Assembly (NCBI GenBank): GCA_965216875.1
Contig: OZ244207.1
Coordinates: 3,232,001 to 3,296,000, forward strand
Direction of reading: 5' to 3'
DNA length: 64,000 nt
Source: Rubripirellula sp.
GTDB lineage: Bacteria > Planctomycetota > Planctomycetia > Pirellulales > Pirellulaceae
Under the pieces are notes generated by a model. It saw only the letters and a list, made by a program, of their open reading frames with translations. It did not search any database and was not told the DNA's origin. Shown in pieces: positions 41,748 through 51,078 of this stretch. Positions within the stretch are counted from its first letter, which is position 1. Each line of letters starts with the position of its first letter. The position numbers were made by a program, and so were the translations under genes.

Positions 41748-43892
41748 CTAACGAGCGATCGTGACGTACACAGGAAACTCGCCGAGATCCAATGATTGAG
41801 TCGTAGTATCGATCGGATGTCCGAACGCATCCACGATTTTGCTCGGGCGACCCCCAAGTTGATTGACTTCGATCGCAACGGGATCTCCAATCGCCCAAGC
41901 TGCGATCACGATCCGGTCGGCGCGTTCCCAACGCAGCAGCCACACGTCTTTGTCGGCGTGCTTGAGCCGACGAGCTTTTCCTTCAAAGCCAGCGAGTTGC
42001 CGAATCAGCGTTGCTGTCGTGAACCACGACGGACGTAACGTGCCATCGTCGCGAATCAGTCCTGCGCCAGCATGCATCGATTCCTGTGAACCGCTTTCGC
42101 GATAAAGAAAAACTTTGTCGATCCCGCGTGCCAACGTGATCATGGTCACGCGCGGAATCTTTGCCGCTTGCTTTCGTTCCGAGAGGCCAATGGGTCCCCC
42201 CACGTCGTAGCCCGTTTCGGTCATCCAGATCTCGGCGTCAGACTTGTTTGCGTCTCGCCATCGAATCAGCTCGTCCAGCTGGTCGAGATACAATTGCGGC
42301 GATTTGTCTGTCCGCTTGTCGCGAATGTTCGGATCTTCGAGCGCGATTTCGGGCTCTTGCACGCCTGAGTAAAAATGGACATTGATCACATCGACCAAAT
42401 CGAGTGGACGAGTTCCGTCGGCGTAGCGATGCGATGTCATCTTTTGCAATGTTGCCGGCTCGATGCCCGCCCAACCGCATGAAGTGACGATCAAGTTCGG
42501 GTCAGCGCGCCGTGCCGCGAGCACGCCTTCTCGCATCACGTCAAAGTACTGTTCGATCGACCCGACAAATGGCGCCCAACTTGGCCCCACCAAATTTGGC
42601 TCGTTCCACATTTCGATCGCGTCGATCCGATCCAGACCACTCGTCTTGTCGTCGGTCTTGAGTTGTTCGCCACGATGTGTTTGCGTGCCAAACCGAGCCA
42701 CAAACTGAAAAATCGCCTCGCCATAGTCCGCCGCATTGCGCGGTGGATAACCTTTGCGGTTCGTTTTGATCTCCGCCCCAGCCGACGTGGCCCATTCAGG
42801 CGTCTGAAAAACGTAGGGCAAGATCTTGAAACCATGCTTTTGGTAGGTCTCGTAGATCTTGTCCTGGTTGACGTGCCACGGCGCGACACCACCGCGAAAG
42901 TCGTAGTGATCGCGGGCGTCGGAGGACATGATCCACTTTCCATTTTCGAATCGCACCCAGCCAAAACCACACTCGGCCATCGCGTCAGCCAGCTTGATGT
43001 TTGAGGCGTTGATGCCAAACCGACGTGCTTGCTCCTTGGCTGGCGGCTCGCCCGGTTTGACGAAAAAAGGCTCCCACCCGGGCTGCGTCTCAGACGACGA
43101 CCAAGTCAATAAATAGCTGCCCGGCGGAAGCGGCGATTCAAGGTCGACGGGGACGGACGCTTCCGATCCTGCGGCGATCCGAGTCTCAACCTGCCCGCGA
43201 TGATGTACCGGTCCCACGCTCGGCTTTTCAAACGGGTCATTACTCGCCCCATCAAAGACCTCGATCATTCGCGGCAAACGCACGACGTTCATCGGCCCGT
43301 CGTCACGATAGAACCGAAACTTCAAGTACTTTGCCTTGACGCTATCGCCAAATGGAAAACGGTTTTGCCCCCACTTCTTGTGCATTGAGAACTTCTGCAA
43401 CGAGGGCACCGGCACGAAATCAACGCCATCGCGGCTGGTGGAGACGTCGACCAACCAAATCCAATTCGCATCAGCCCCAGTCCAACCCATCGCCTGAACG
43501 TCGCGCACTTGGCCGAGGTCGATGCCGACCACGGCCTCGCCGTATCCCTTTCCCCACGGTGACTCGAAGGACCGAAAGCGGTTGCCGTCGGTCAACTTTG
43601 CATCGCCAAAATCCTTTCCGTCGATCGTGACCGTGCTGACGCATCCGCGTGCGTGATCAAAGCCGAGCGCAGCGTCCGGTTTGATTGGAATGTCATATTG
43701 AGAATTCAACTGCACCGAGTATTCGATCGTGGTCACGACTTCTTTGTCGGATCGATTGCGCAGCTTCAATGCAGCCACCTCGGTTGCTTTCGAGTCGACC
43801 ACTCGACTCGACTCCATCGCGACCTCTAACGAAGGTGATGCAGCGGTGACGACCCCGGCAAGCATCAAAAGTGCAATCTCAACAGACATCAA
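41748..43892 (-). CDS. Secreted clan GH-A-like glycoside hydrolase with discoidin-like domain
   Basis: EMWNEPN (acid/base), INVHFY, IWMTETGY (nucleophile); N-terminal IDLGQ...DVSTSRDG...AKYLKF. Confidence 0.75.
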   Translation of the reverse strand: MMSVEIALLMLAGVVTAASPSLEVAMESSRVVDSKATEVAALKLRNRSDKEVVTTIEYSVQLNSQYDIPIKPDAALGFDHARGCVSTVTIDGKDFGDAKLTDGNRFRSFESPWGKGYGEAVVGIDLGQVRDVQAMGWTGADANWIWLVDVSTSRDGVDFVPVPSLQKFSMHKKWGQNRFPFGDSVKAKYLKFRFYRDDGPMNVVRLPRMIEVFDGASNDPFEKPSVGPVHHRGQVETRIAAGSEASVPVDLESPLPPGSYLLTWSSSETQPGWEPFFVKPGEPPAKEQARRFGINASNIKLADAMAECGFGWVRFENGKWIMSSDARDHYDFRGGVAPWHVNQDKIYETYQKHGFKILPYVFQTPEWATSAGAEIKTNRKGYPPRNAADYGEAIFQFVARFGTQTHRGEQLKTDDKTSGLDRIDAIEMWNEPNLVGPSWAPFVGSIEQYFDVMREGVLAARRADPNLIVTSCGWAGIEPATLQKMTSHRYADGTRPLDLVDVINVHFYSGVQEPEIALEDPNIRDKRTDKSPQLYLDQLDELIRWRDANKSDAEIWMTETGYDVGGPIGLSERKQAAKIPRVTMITLARGIDKVFLYRESGSQESMHAGAGLIRDDGTLRPSWFTTATLIRQLAGFEGKARRLKHADKDVWLLRWERADRIVIAAWAIGDPVAIEVNQLGGRPSKIVDAFGHPIDTTTQSLDLGEFPVYVTIAR

Positions 43893-44126
43893 ACCCTCTT
43901 CCGAAAACCATCACGCATCTCAAGTGCACAGAGACAAACAACGATGGTTGTCGTCTCGTGGGCAAGCATCATAACTACGAAGCGTCCACCGTTGCTCAAT
44001 CGCATCTCTCGTTAGGTAGAATATCGATTGGTTAGGAAATGCCATATCGAGTGGGAACGAACACCCGAAAAACAAACTTGTTTAGAATGCGGCCCCGACT
44101 CTTCTTCTAACGCTGCGAGCACCCTC

Positions 44127-45647
44127 ATGAGACTCATCCTGTTTGTCGCCATCTTGTCATCCGTGGCGTTCTTTTCGATCGAAGACGCGAGTGCCGTTGA
44201 AAAGCAACGTTTGATCATCCTTGCCGACATGGGCAACGAACCTGATGAGATGCAGCAGATGATCCACATGATCACCAATAGCAACGAGTTCGATATCGAA
44301 GGCCTGGTCGCAGTCACCGGAAAATACCTGCGTCCTGAATCACACGTTCCCTATCGGCAAACACTTCACCCAGAACTGTTTCACCAAATCATCGATGCCT
44401 ACGAAAAGGATCTGCCCAACCTCAAGAAGCACACTGACGGTTGGCCCGATCCCGAAGACTTGCGCAAGAAGGTCGCCGAAGGCCAGAAAGGTTACGGAAT
44501 CGATGATGTCGGCAAAGGGAAATCGAGCCCAGGATCAAAGCTCCTCCTCGCTGCCGCCTCAAACGGTGACCCGCGTCCTCTTTGGGTGGTCGTCAACGCG
44601 GGCTCAAACACACTCGCACAGGCGATCACTGACTACCAACGCACACACACTGAAAAAGAGCTGCAACTCTTTTTGTCAAAGCTTCGGGTCTTCGAAAATG
44701 GTGCCCAGGACAACGCGGGCGCATGGATCTGCAACCGTTTCCCAAGCATTCACTGGGTGCGCAGTAACTACCAAACCTATTGTTACGGCGGGCCTGGTGG
44801 AAAAGATGGCAACACGGCCGTCAACCTCGGACCGAATTACTGGGGCGACTATCCCTATAGCGTTCAAGGTCAACTGGATTGGCAAAAGGAACACATCATG
44901 AAAGGGCACGGCGCTCTTGGTGACCTCTATCCCGAACGGCGTTTTCGAGGTGGCAATCTTGGCTTTATCGAAGGCGGCGGAACAATTCCATGGATCGGTT
45001 TGGTGAACAAAGGACTCTTCGACATCAACCAACCATCGTGGGGCGGCTGGGGCGGGCGTTTCAGTAAAAAGAAGGTCGCCGACTTCTGGTCGCGTCATCT
45101 CGACATCCAAGTGGATGAAGCGGAAAACGCTCCCTTCTACACCTACCGAGAAGTCAGCGATCACTGGACCGACCCGCAAGATGGCCGCGTTTACTCAGGC
45201 AACTATTCGCCGGTCTGGCGATGGCGCCAAGCGATGTACAACAACCAAACCTGCCGTATGGATTGGTGCGTCAAAGAATTTGACCAAGCGAATCATCAAC
45301 CGATCGCGGCCGTCGATGGCGATGCCAGCGACACGATCCTGCGCGTCGCTGCCAGCGCCGGCAACATTTTGACTTTCGACGCGACGACTTCGAGCGACCC
45401 CGACAACGACGCACTGAAGTACCGATGGTGGATCTACAAAGAAGCAGGCACCTATGCAGGCGATATCGAGATCGAGGATTCCGACCAAGCCAAGGCATCA
45501 ATCGAAATCCCAACCGGCGCCTCCGAGACTCAAATCCACTTGATTTTGGAAGTCCAAGACGACACCGACACGCCCCTGTTCGACTACCGTCGAATCGTGA
45601 TCGATGTCGACCATCGGATCCTCGGTCACAAGCCGATGCAAAAGTAG
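44127..45647 (+). CDS. DUF1593-like (nucleoside-hydrolase-like) secreted protein with C-terminal Ig-like domain
   Basis: RLIILADMGNEPDEMQ, NEFDIEGLVA, DPRPLWV, WGGWGGRF, RMDWC, SSDPDND. Confidence 0.8.
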   Translation: MRLILFVAILSSVAFFSIEDASAVEKQRLIILADMGNEPDEMQQMIHMITNSNEFDIEGLVAVTGKYLRPESHVPYRQTLHPELFHQIIDAYEKDLPNLKKHTDGWPDPEDLRKKVAEGQKGYGIDDVGKGKSSPGSKLLLAAASNGDPRPLWVVVNAGSNTLAQAITDYQRTHTEKELQLFLSKLRVFENGAQDNAGAWICNRFPSIHWVRSNYQTYCYGGPGGKDGNTAVNLGPNYWGDYPYSVQGQLDWQKEHIMKGHGALGDLYPERRFRGGNLGFIEGGGTIPWIGLVNKGLFDINQPSWGGWGGRFSKKKVADFWSRHLDIQVDEAENAPFYTYREVSDHWTDPQDGRVYSGNYSPVWRWRQAMYNNQTCRMDWCVKEFDQANHQPIAAVDGDASDTILRVAASAGNILTFDATTSSDPDNDALKYRWWIYKEAGTYAGDIEIEDSDQAKASIEIPTGASETQIHLILEVQDDTDTPLFDYRRIVIDVDHRILGHKPMQK

Positions 45648-45893
45648 CCCGCGCTTGTCGTACCGCGTTCAGGCGGAATCTTCAGGCTCTTCGACCTGAT
45701 GGCGGTACGACGAACTTTCACCGCTCGCTCGCGCCCGCTCTGTCCGCGCAATCGGAACAACCCAACCTCCAGGAACTTCGCGAGCGATCGCGGGCCTTCA
45801 ATTGGCGGCCCAAACGCAAAAGTCAAATAGACTGGGGACCTCATTTCCTGTCTTCTTTGCATCGACTGCGTCTGCCCCGTTTTCGCGTTTCCG

Positions 45894-46460
45894 ATGGAAT
45901 CGACTTCCGCCAGTTTGCTTCAACGCCTTCAATCGCCGGATGCCGCGATTGCTTGGGGACGGTTCGTCGATCTCTACGCGCCGCTGATCTATCACTGGGG
46001 GCGAGGCCATGGGCTCAGCGCGACCGACTCGGCCGACTTGGTGCAAGAAGTGATGGCGATCCTGGTCGTCAAACTCCCCGAGTTCCAATACGATCCGTCA
46101 CGTCGTTTTCGCGGCTGGCTGCGGACTGTGGCGATCAACAAAGCTAACGACTTTCATCGAGTCGCCCGCAATCGCCCGGCCGCCGATGCCCCGATGGTCC
46201 AGGAAACTGCCGCGGTCGCCAGCGACGTCGACCTGCTTGCCGAAGAGGAGTACCACAAATTCCTCATCAACCGGTCGCTCCAAGTCATGCAGTCCGAGTT
46301 TCGCGAATCCGATTGGATGGCGGTCAAACGGCACCTGATCGATGGTGAAAAGGCGTCTGAAGTGGCAAAGAGCTTGGGAATTTCTACAAACCGCGTCTAT
46401 CTCGCTAAGTCCCGAATTCTCAAACGGTTACGAGATGAACTTGCGGGACTGATGGACTGA
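45894..46460 (+). CDS. ECF sigma-70 factor
   Basis: TSASLLQRL, AWGRFVDLY, DLVQEV, FRGWLRTV, region 4 VAKSLGISTNRVYLAKSR. Confidence 0.92.
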   Translation: MESTSASLLQRLQSPDAAIAWGRFVDLYAPLIYHWGRGHGLSATDSADLVQEVMAILVVKLPEFQYDPSRRFRGWLRTVAINKANDFHRVARNRPAADAPMVQETAAVASDVDLLAEEEYHKFLINRSLQVMQSEFRESDWMAVKRHLIDGEKASEVAKSLGISTNRVYLAKSRILKRLRDELAGLMD

Positions 46461-46564
46461 CCAAGCCGAGATTCTGTCGATTTCCTGACAGACTTTCGCT
46501 GGCCACCCGTAGGACGAAATAGAACACCATCCGCACCCGCACTTTTCCAAGCGAAAACGCCAAC

Positions 46565-49351
46565 GTGAATCGACAAGCCTGCCCCGACCGCGACACGCTC
46601 GAGCAACTCCTTCTCGGCAGAATTGCCGTCGATGCGGTCGATCAATGGGAAGCCCATCTGTTGCAATGCGACTCCTGCGTCGAAGCCGCCGAAACGATCC
46701 GAACGGAAGACGACGTGACACAGGCGCTGCGCAGTTTCGATGCGTTGCCGATCATCGACGACGAACTCCAACGAGCGATCCAATCGGCAAAACAGTTTGG
46801 CGAAGCAACACTGCGAATCGACGAAACCATTGCCGAACCGAGCGTCGCGTTGGATGAAACGATTGTGCCCGACGCAGGTCAACCGCATGAGTACGCCAAA
46901 GAGGTCGCTTCAGCTGTTTCGAAGCGACGCCAAGAACCGAATATCGATTTCCTCGATCCACCCCGGCAATCCGATGAACTGGGACGACTCGGTGGTTACC
47001 GCGTCCTCGAAGTGCTTGGCGCCGGTGGCATGGGGATCGTCTTTCGCGCCGAGGACACGCAACTCAATCGAGCGGTTGCACTGAAGGTGATCAAACCTGA
47101 GATTGCAGCAAGCGCCGAGGCAAAAGAACGCTTTTTGCGTGAAGCGCAAGCCGCAGCAGCGATCGAACATGATCACATCGTGACGATCTACCAAGTGGGC
47201 CAACAGCGCGGTGTCCCCTTCATCGCGATGCAATATCTCAAAGGGCAATCACTCCAACAGAAGCTTGCCGAACAAAACAAGCTTGATGATCTCGAAGCGA
47301 CCGTCATTGCTCGTCAAGTCGCCCAGGGGCTCGCCGCTGCTCACAAAACCGGCCTGATCCATCGCGACATCAAACCCGACAACATCTGGATGGACACGGC
47401 GACGTCGCGAGCCAAGATCCTTGACTTTGGACTGGCACGATCGCGAGATGCGGAAGTCGATTTAACGCAATCGGGGATGTTGCTCGGCACGCCAAACTAC
47501 ATGTCGCCCGAACAGGCGGCGGGTGAAACGGTGGACCATCGCTGCGACCTCTTTTCACTCGGCAGCGTTCTTTACCATCTGGTCAGCGGCCAGCCGCCAT
47601 TCAAGAGCGACAGCCTTCCCGCGACACTTCTGCGCGTCACTCAATCCAACTACACGCCTCTCGCCGAAGCGTGTCCCGAGCTGAACCCGCAACTTGCAAA
47701 GTTCATCACGCGGATGCTCGCCAAAGAGATCGAATCACGACCTCAATCGGCCTCAGAAGTGGTGCGTGAACTGGAACGCATTGAACATTCGATCCACAAG
47801 CTTGACGACCAAGTCGACCAAACGCCCACCATCAACGTCATCAAACCATCTCCCAACAACCGCCGCGGTCGTCCCCAAAACGTGTCGAGTGTTTGGCTGT
47901 TTGGCGGTGGCGCAGTCGCTGCCATCGCGCTCGCCCTGTTTGCAATGCTTGCTTCGGGTGTCTTTGTACGCGTCGAAACCGAGCAGGGCACCCTTGTCGT
48001 CAAGGTTTCGAGCGACGACTTTGAAACCAGTGTAAAAGGCAAATCGATCACCGTTCGCAACACCAAAACCAAGGTGACGTACAAAATCGACTTGGACGAA
48101 CCGACTTCGTCCGAACCGCTCCAACCGGGCGACTACGAGTTCGTTGTCACCAACGACGCTGGCTTTCGAACCAAGACAAAGCGATTCGAAATCCAAGCGG
48201 GTGAAGAGCAAGCCGTTGAGGTTTGGTGGGAACGCGCGGTGTCTACCCAAAAGGGCAAACCAGCGAGCAACGCAACGGCCGACTTGGACACAGCCGATCA
48301 GCGAGTTGCCCACCAAGTGATCGCAGCCGGAGGAAAAGTTAATGTTCGCGATCAACATGGCGTCTCTTACCACGATATCGATCAAATCGCCAAACTCCCC
48401 GATCCCCCCTTCCAGGTCACGAAAATCTACATCGCAACAACCGAGGTGACCGACGACGTGCTGTCGGAATCTCACAAGCTTTCACAACTGCGTGGATTGG
48501 CAGCCTGGGACAGCGGAATCACCGACGAAGCGCTTGCCCACTTAACCGACTCTGGCGCTCGACCACCGATACAACTCCGGAGTCTCATGGTTGATCGCAC
48601 AGCGGTAACCGACAAAGGCCTCGCCTACATGGTCGGCGCGAAGATCGACGAGCACTTCAACATCACCAACACAGAGGTCAGCGACCCTGAGCTCGTCGCC
48701 AAGTTTTCGAACGCGAAAATCCTCTCCATTGCCGGTAGCAAACTCCCGCTTGGTGAACTTCAGTTTCTTGAGAGCTTCAATAAGCTTCAAGTCTTGCTGG
48801 CTGATGCCAAACAATTCAATGCACTCGCCAAAAGCGACATCAAGATCCCCGCAACTCTGGAACAACTCACTGTCCATCTGGAAACGGACACGTTCAACCC
48901 TCTTGTTTTGCAGAAGACACCGGGGCTTTCACGCTTGAACCTTGTCCAGAATCTTGGGTATTCGCGCGCGGAAAATGCCCAGAAAAACTACGCGCCCGAG
49001 TTCTGGAGTGCACTTTCCGACCTTCCGAATCTCACGATCCTTACCATCGACGACGAGCTCTTGACGGACGAGCTCCTTGGGAACGTGCGACCGCTTTCCA
49101 AATTGAACAAACTTGTGCTCGACAGCGTCCAAGCCAGTGGCAGCGCTATCGAGAAGGTGGTCGCCGCATGCCCCAACCTCCGCGCACTTCATCTAACCCA
49201 CGCCAAACTCAACGACACACACGTCGAATCGCTTAGCCGACTCAATCAACTCGACGAACTCAACATCAAAACCAATCAAATCTCGGCCGCTGGTATTAGC
49301 CGACTTCGCGCTGCCCTTCCCGATTGCCGCATCGAAGCCGACCACCCGTAG
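46565..49351 (+). CDS. Membrane Ser/Thr protein kinase with N-terminal HxxxCxxC motif and C-terminal LRR-like repeats
   Basis: HLLQCDSC, LGAGGMG, VALK, HRDIKPDN, DFGLA, GTPNYMSPEQ, one TM helix, leucine-rich repeats. Confidence 0.93.
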   Translation: MNRQACPDRDTLEQLLLGRIAVDAVDQWEAHLLQCDSCVEAAETIRTEDDVTQALRSFDALPIIDDELQRAIQSAKQFGEATLRIDETIAEPSVALDETIVPDAGQPHEYAKEVASAVSKRRQEPNIDFLDPPRQSDELGRLGGYRVLEVLGAGGMGIVFRAEDTQLNRAVALKVIKPEIAASAEAKERFLREAQAAAAIEHDHIVTIYQVGQQRGVPFIAMQYLKGQSLQQKLAEQNKLDDLEATVIARQVAQGLAAAHKTGLIHRDIKPDNIWMDTATSRAKILDFGLARSRDAEVDLTQSGMLLGTPNYMSPEQAAGETVDHRCDLFSLGSVLYHLVSGQPPFKSDSLPATLLRVTQSNYTPLAEACPELNPQLAKFITRMLAKEIESRPQSASEVVRELERIEHSIHKLDDQVDQTPTINVIKPSPNNRRGRPQNVSSVWLFGGGAVAAIALALFAMLASGVFVRVETEQGTLVVKVSSDDFETSVKGKSITVRNTKTKVTYKIDLDEPTSSEPLQPGDYEFVVTNDAGFRTKTKRFEIQAGEEQAVEVWWERAVSTQKGKPASNATADLDTADQRVAHQVIAAGGKVNVRDQHGVSYHDIDQIAKLPDPPFQVTKIYIATTEVTDDVLSESHKLSQLRGLAAWDSGITDEALAHLTDSGARPPIQLRSLMVDRTAVTDKGLAYMVGAKIDEHFNITNTEVSDPELVAKFSNAKILSIAGSKLPLGELQFLESFNKLQVLLADAKQFNALAKSDIKIPATLEQLTVHLETDTFNPLVLQKTPGLSRLNLVQNLGYSRAENAQKNYAPEFWSALSDLPNLTILTIDDELLTDELLGNVRPLSKLNKLVLDSVQASGSAIEKVVAACPNLRALHLTHAKLNDTHVESLSRLNQLDELNIKTNQISAAGISRLRAALPDCRIEADHP

Positions 49352-49474
49352 CTGGCGGCCGGCAGGTGTGCGTTTTTGATTCGAGATTCATTTCCGAACT
49401 CTCGCGTACGCCGCGATGGACTGCATATCCATTATTGTGAAAGGGTACGATCGCTTCGCTGAAAAGGGCCGTCG

Positions 49475-49972
49475 GTGACTGAAGCAGAACTGACAGAATT
49501 ACCGAGATGGGCAAAGGTAGCATTGGCCGCACGATGCGCGCGGCGATCCCTGCCCATCTTTCGAAGATGGCAATGCACGCTTGAGCAAGCGGACACCCTT
49601 GACCAAGCGATCCGTGCCGCCGAGTGTGCTGCGGCGGTCGCCACAGCAGATCGTCGCGCAATCTCCGCCAAACGGGACGCCGCGAGGGAAGTCCTCAACG
49701 AGGTCACCTACGCAGCCAACGACCTCACCCAGTCATCACTCCATGCGCTCGCCGCCTCGATGGCAGCCGCTCGTGCGGCAGAAACGGCAATCGCCGCAAA
49801 CTACAACAACGCACACTCACTTTGCGTTTTGACCCAAGCCGCCGTCAATGCGGCAGCGAACGCCGGCGTATCGGTCCGTGGCGATCTCGAGAAACTCACT
49901 GCCATGGCATCGTTGAACCACTGGAATGATGCAACCGCCGTCCCTGCTGAGGTTTTCGAATCGGACGATTGA
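49475..49972 (+). CDS. Ala-rich helical hypothetical protein
   Basis: 165-aa ORF, LPRWAKVALAARCARR N-terminus. Confidence 0.6.
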   Translation: MTEAELTELPRWAKVALAARCARRSLPIFRRWQCTLEQADTLDQAIRAAECAAAVATADRRAISAKRDAAREVLNEVTYAANDLTQSSLHALAASMAAARAAETAIAANYNNAHSLCVLTQAAVNAAANAGVSVRGDLEKLTAMASLNHWNDATAVPAEVFESDD

Positions 49973-49998
49973 GCCAGAAATCAGATTGCTAAACGGCT

Positions 49999-50027
49999 GG
50001 GAGGGCGACGCTCCTGCGGAGCTTCCT
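49999..50027 (+). repeat. Left 29-bp inverted repeat of the suppressor-tRNA cassette (REP-like)
   Basis: GGGAGGGCGACGCTCCTGCGGAGCTTCCT; its reverse complement matches 51084-51112 and 51219-51247 at 28/29 nt. Confidence 0.85.
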
Positions 50028-50034
50028 CGCTTAG

Positions 50035-50109
50035 TACGTGCGGCGGGGTTCGAACCCGCAACTCACAGGCATTTAGAGTGCCCGGCTCTACCAATTGAGC
50101 TACGCACGT
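50035..50109 (-). tRNA. tRNA with anticodon CUA (amber suppressor type; amino acid identity unknown)
   Basis: ACGTGCG TA GCTC AATTGGTA GAGC C GGGCA CT-CTA-AA TGCCT GTGAGTT GCGGG TTCGAAC CCCGC CGCACGT A: 7-bp acceptor, 4-bp D, 5-bp anticodon (one G-U) and 5-bp T stems; CCA not encoded. Confidence 0.9.
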
Positions 50110-50115
50110 GAGTAA

Positions 50116-50142
50116 GCCGTCGCCGTAGGAGACGGCGACGGC
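50116..50142 (-). other. Strong hairpin just upstream of the tRNA
   Basis: GCCGTCGCCGT-CTCCT-ACGGCGACGGC, 11-bp perfect stem, 6 nt before the tRNA 5' end. Confidence 0.7.
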
Positions 50143-50155
50143 AGTTTAACTTAGC

Positions 50156-50563
50156 TTAGCTTTGAAAATACTCCGACACTTTTTCGTGCAACGCTTCGAT
50201 GCTCGCACCACACTCTTGGTCAAACGGCAAGACCGGTTCACCATTTGGAGTTCGTGCACGCAGAAAGAGTTCCACAATCTCGTGATCGATCACTCGTTTT
50301 GGATAAACGCGGTAGTGCGTGACATCGCCCCGCTGAAGTGGCCGATACCAAACGGTGTCGATGACAAAATGAGGGCAGAACTTCGGTTCAGGGCCGTTGC
50401 GGTTCTGCTCTTCCTTTCGCCACCATCGGTGCCACGCGTGAAAGTCGTACATGGTTTGCCAATACCATCGATGAAGCTCCTTTAGTTTGCAGTAAAGTGC
50501 ATAGTTGCATGGGTGATAGCCCCAACGGCTTTGAAACGATTCGGAGTGCTGTTGAGTTTGCAT
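50156..50563 (-). CDS. Hypothetical Trp/Arg/His-rich protein of the suppressor cassette
   Basis: SRWGYHPCNY..YCKLKELH...WHRWWRK..NR; ATG 50563, or TTG 50635 overlapping the upstream TGA; ends TAA. Confidence 0.75.
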   Translation of the reverse strand: MQTQQHSESFQSRWGYHPCNYALYCKLKELHRWYWQTMYDFHAWHRWWRKEEQNRNGPEPKFCPHFVIDTVWYRPLQRGDVTHYRVYPKRVIDHEIVELFLRARTPNGEPVLPFDQECGASIEALHEKVSEYFQS

Positions 50564-50631
50564 TGATTGTCTCTTGCTTTTGAATGAGTTGAGTTTGGTT
50601 TCGATGTCGCCCCATGGGCGCAGCGGGATCG

Positions 50632-50985
50632 TCAATGATCGGGCTGGGGCAACAGGCGGTAGCGCCTGAAGAGTCGTCGAATCGCACCGCGAACCGGTTC
50701 GGTCGCGATTGCGGTTAGCGGAACGTCGAGATCGGCGTCGAAGAAGGGCACGCAGCCAACGTCATGGAGCTGCAAATAGCGCAGCACGCAGCGAAGTTCG
50801 GTTGCATCATCAACACCCAATAAGACGAGCCGCGGATGCTCCGACGGAGGCGGCAAAGAAGTGCGTGCCATTTCAATGCACGCATGACAGGCCTGAACAG
50901 CCTGTTGGGGCGCGGAGAGATCGCGCCGGACAAAAGCATAGACATAGGTCGGTTGTGAGGGCGGTACCTAGGTGAATCCAGTCAT
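50632..50985 (-). CDS. PTH2-like peptidyl-tRNA hydrolase family protein with in-frame UAG at codon 6 (117 aa on read-through)
   Basis: GGAG-6nt-ATG ACT GGA TTC ACC TAG GTA CCG... gives MTGFT*VPPSQPTYVYAFVRRDLSAPQQAVQACHACIEMARTSL...HPRLVLLGV...FFDADLDVPLTAIATEP...RRYRLL. The ORF track shows only the last 79 aa. Confidence 0.78.
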
Positions 50986-51029
50986 CAAATGCTCCATATA
51001 GGGGATTGGAAACGTTCGCATCAATCGAG

Positions 51030-51038
51030 AGTATATCA
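51030..51038 (-). promoter_or_regulatory. Candidate extended -10 promoter for the cassette
   Basis: TGATATACT (TGn-TATACT) about 45 nt upstream of ATG 50985. Confidence 0.5.
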
Positions 51039-51078
51039 CACGAAAGGCGGTTCGTCCCAAGATCAGATGAATGAATTC

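Noticed and set aside
50035..50109. tRNA-Pyl and pyrrolysine system
   Set aside because: The cloverleaf is canonical (5-bp anticodon stem, GG D loop, TTCGA), unlike tRNA-Pyl, and no pylS/B/C/D genes are in the window.
50632..50871. 79-aa ORF as the complete gene
   Set aside because: It lacks the conserved VRRDL...QACHA segment encoded in frame just upstream; the clear SD sits at ATG 50985.
50715..50945. 76-aa minus-strand ORF (MSMLLSGAISP...)
   Set aside because: Out-of-frame overlap of the PTH2-like gene with no recognisable motif.
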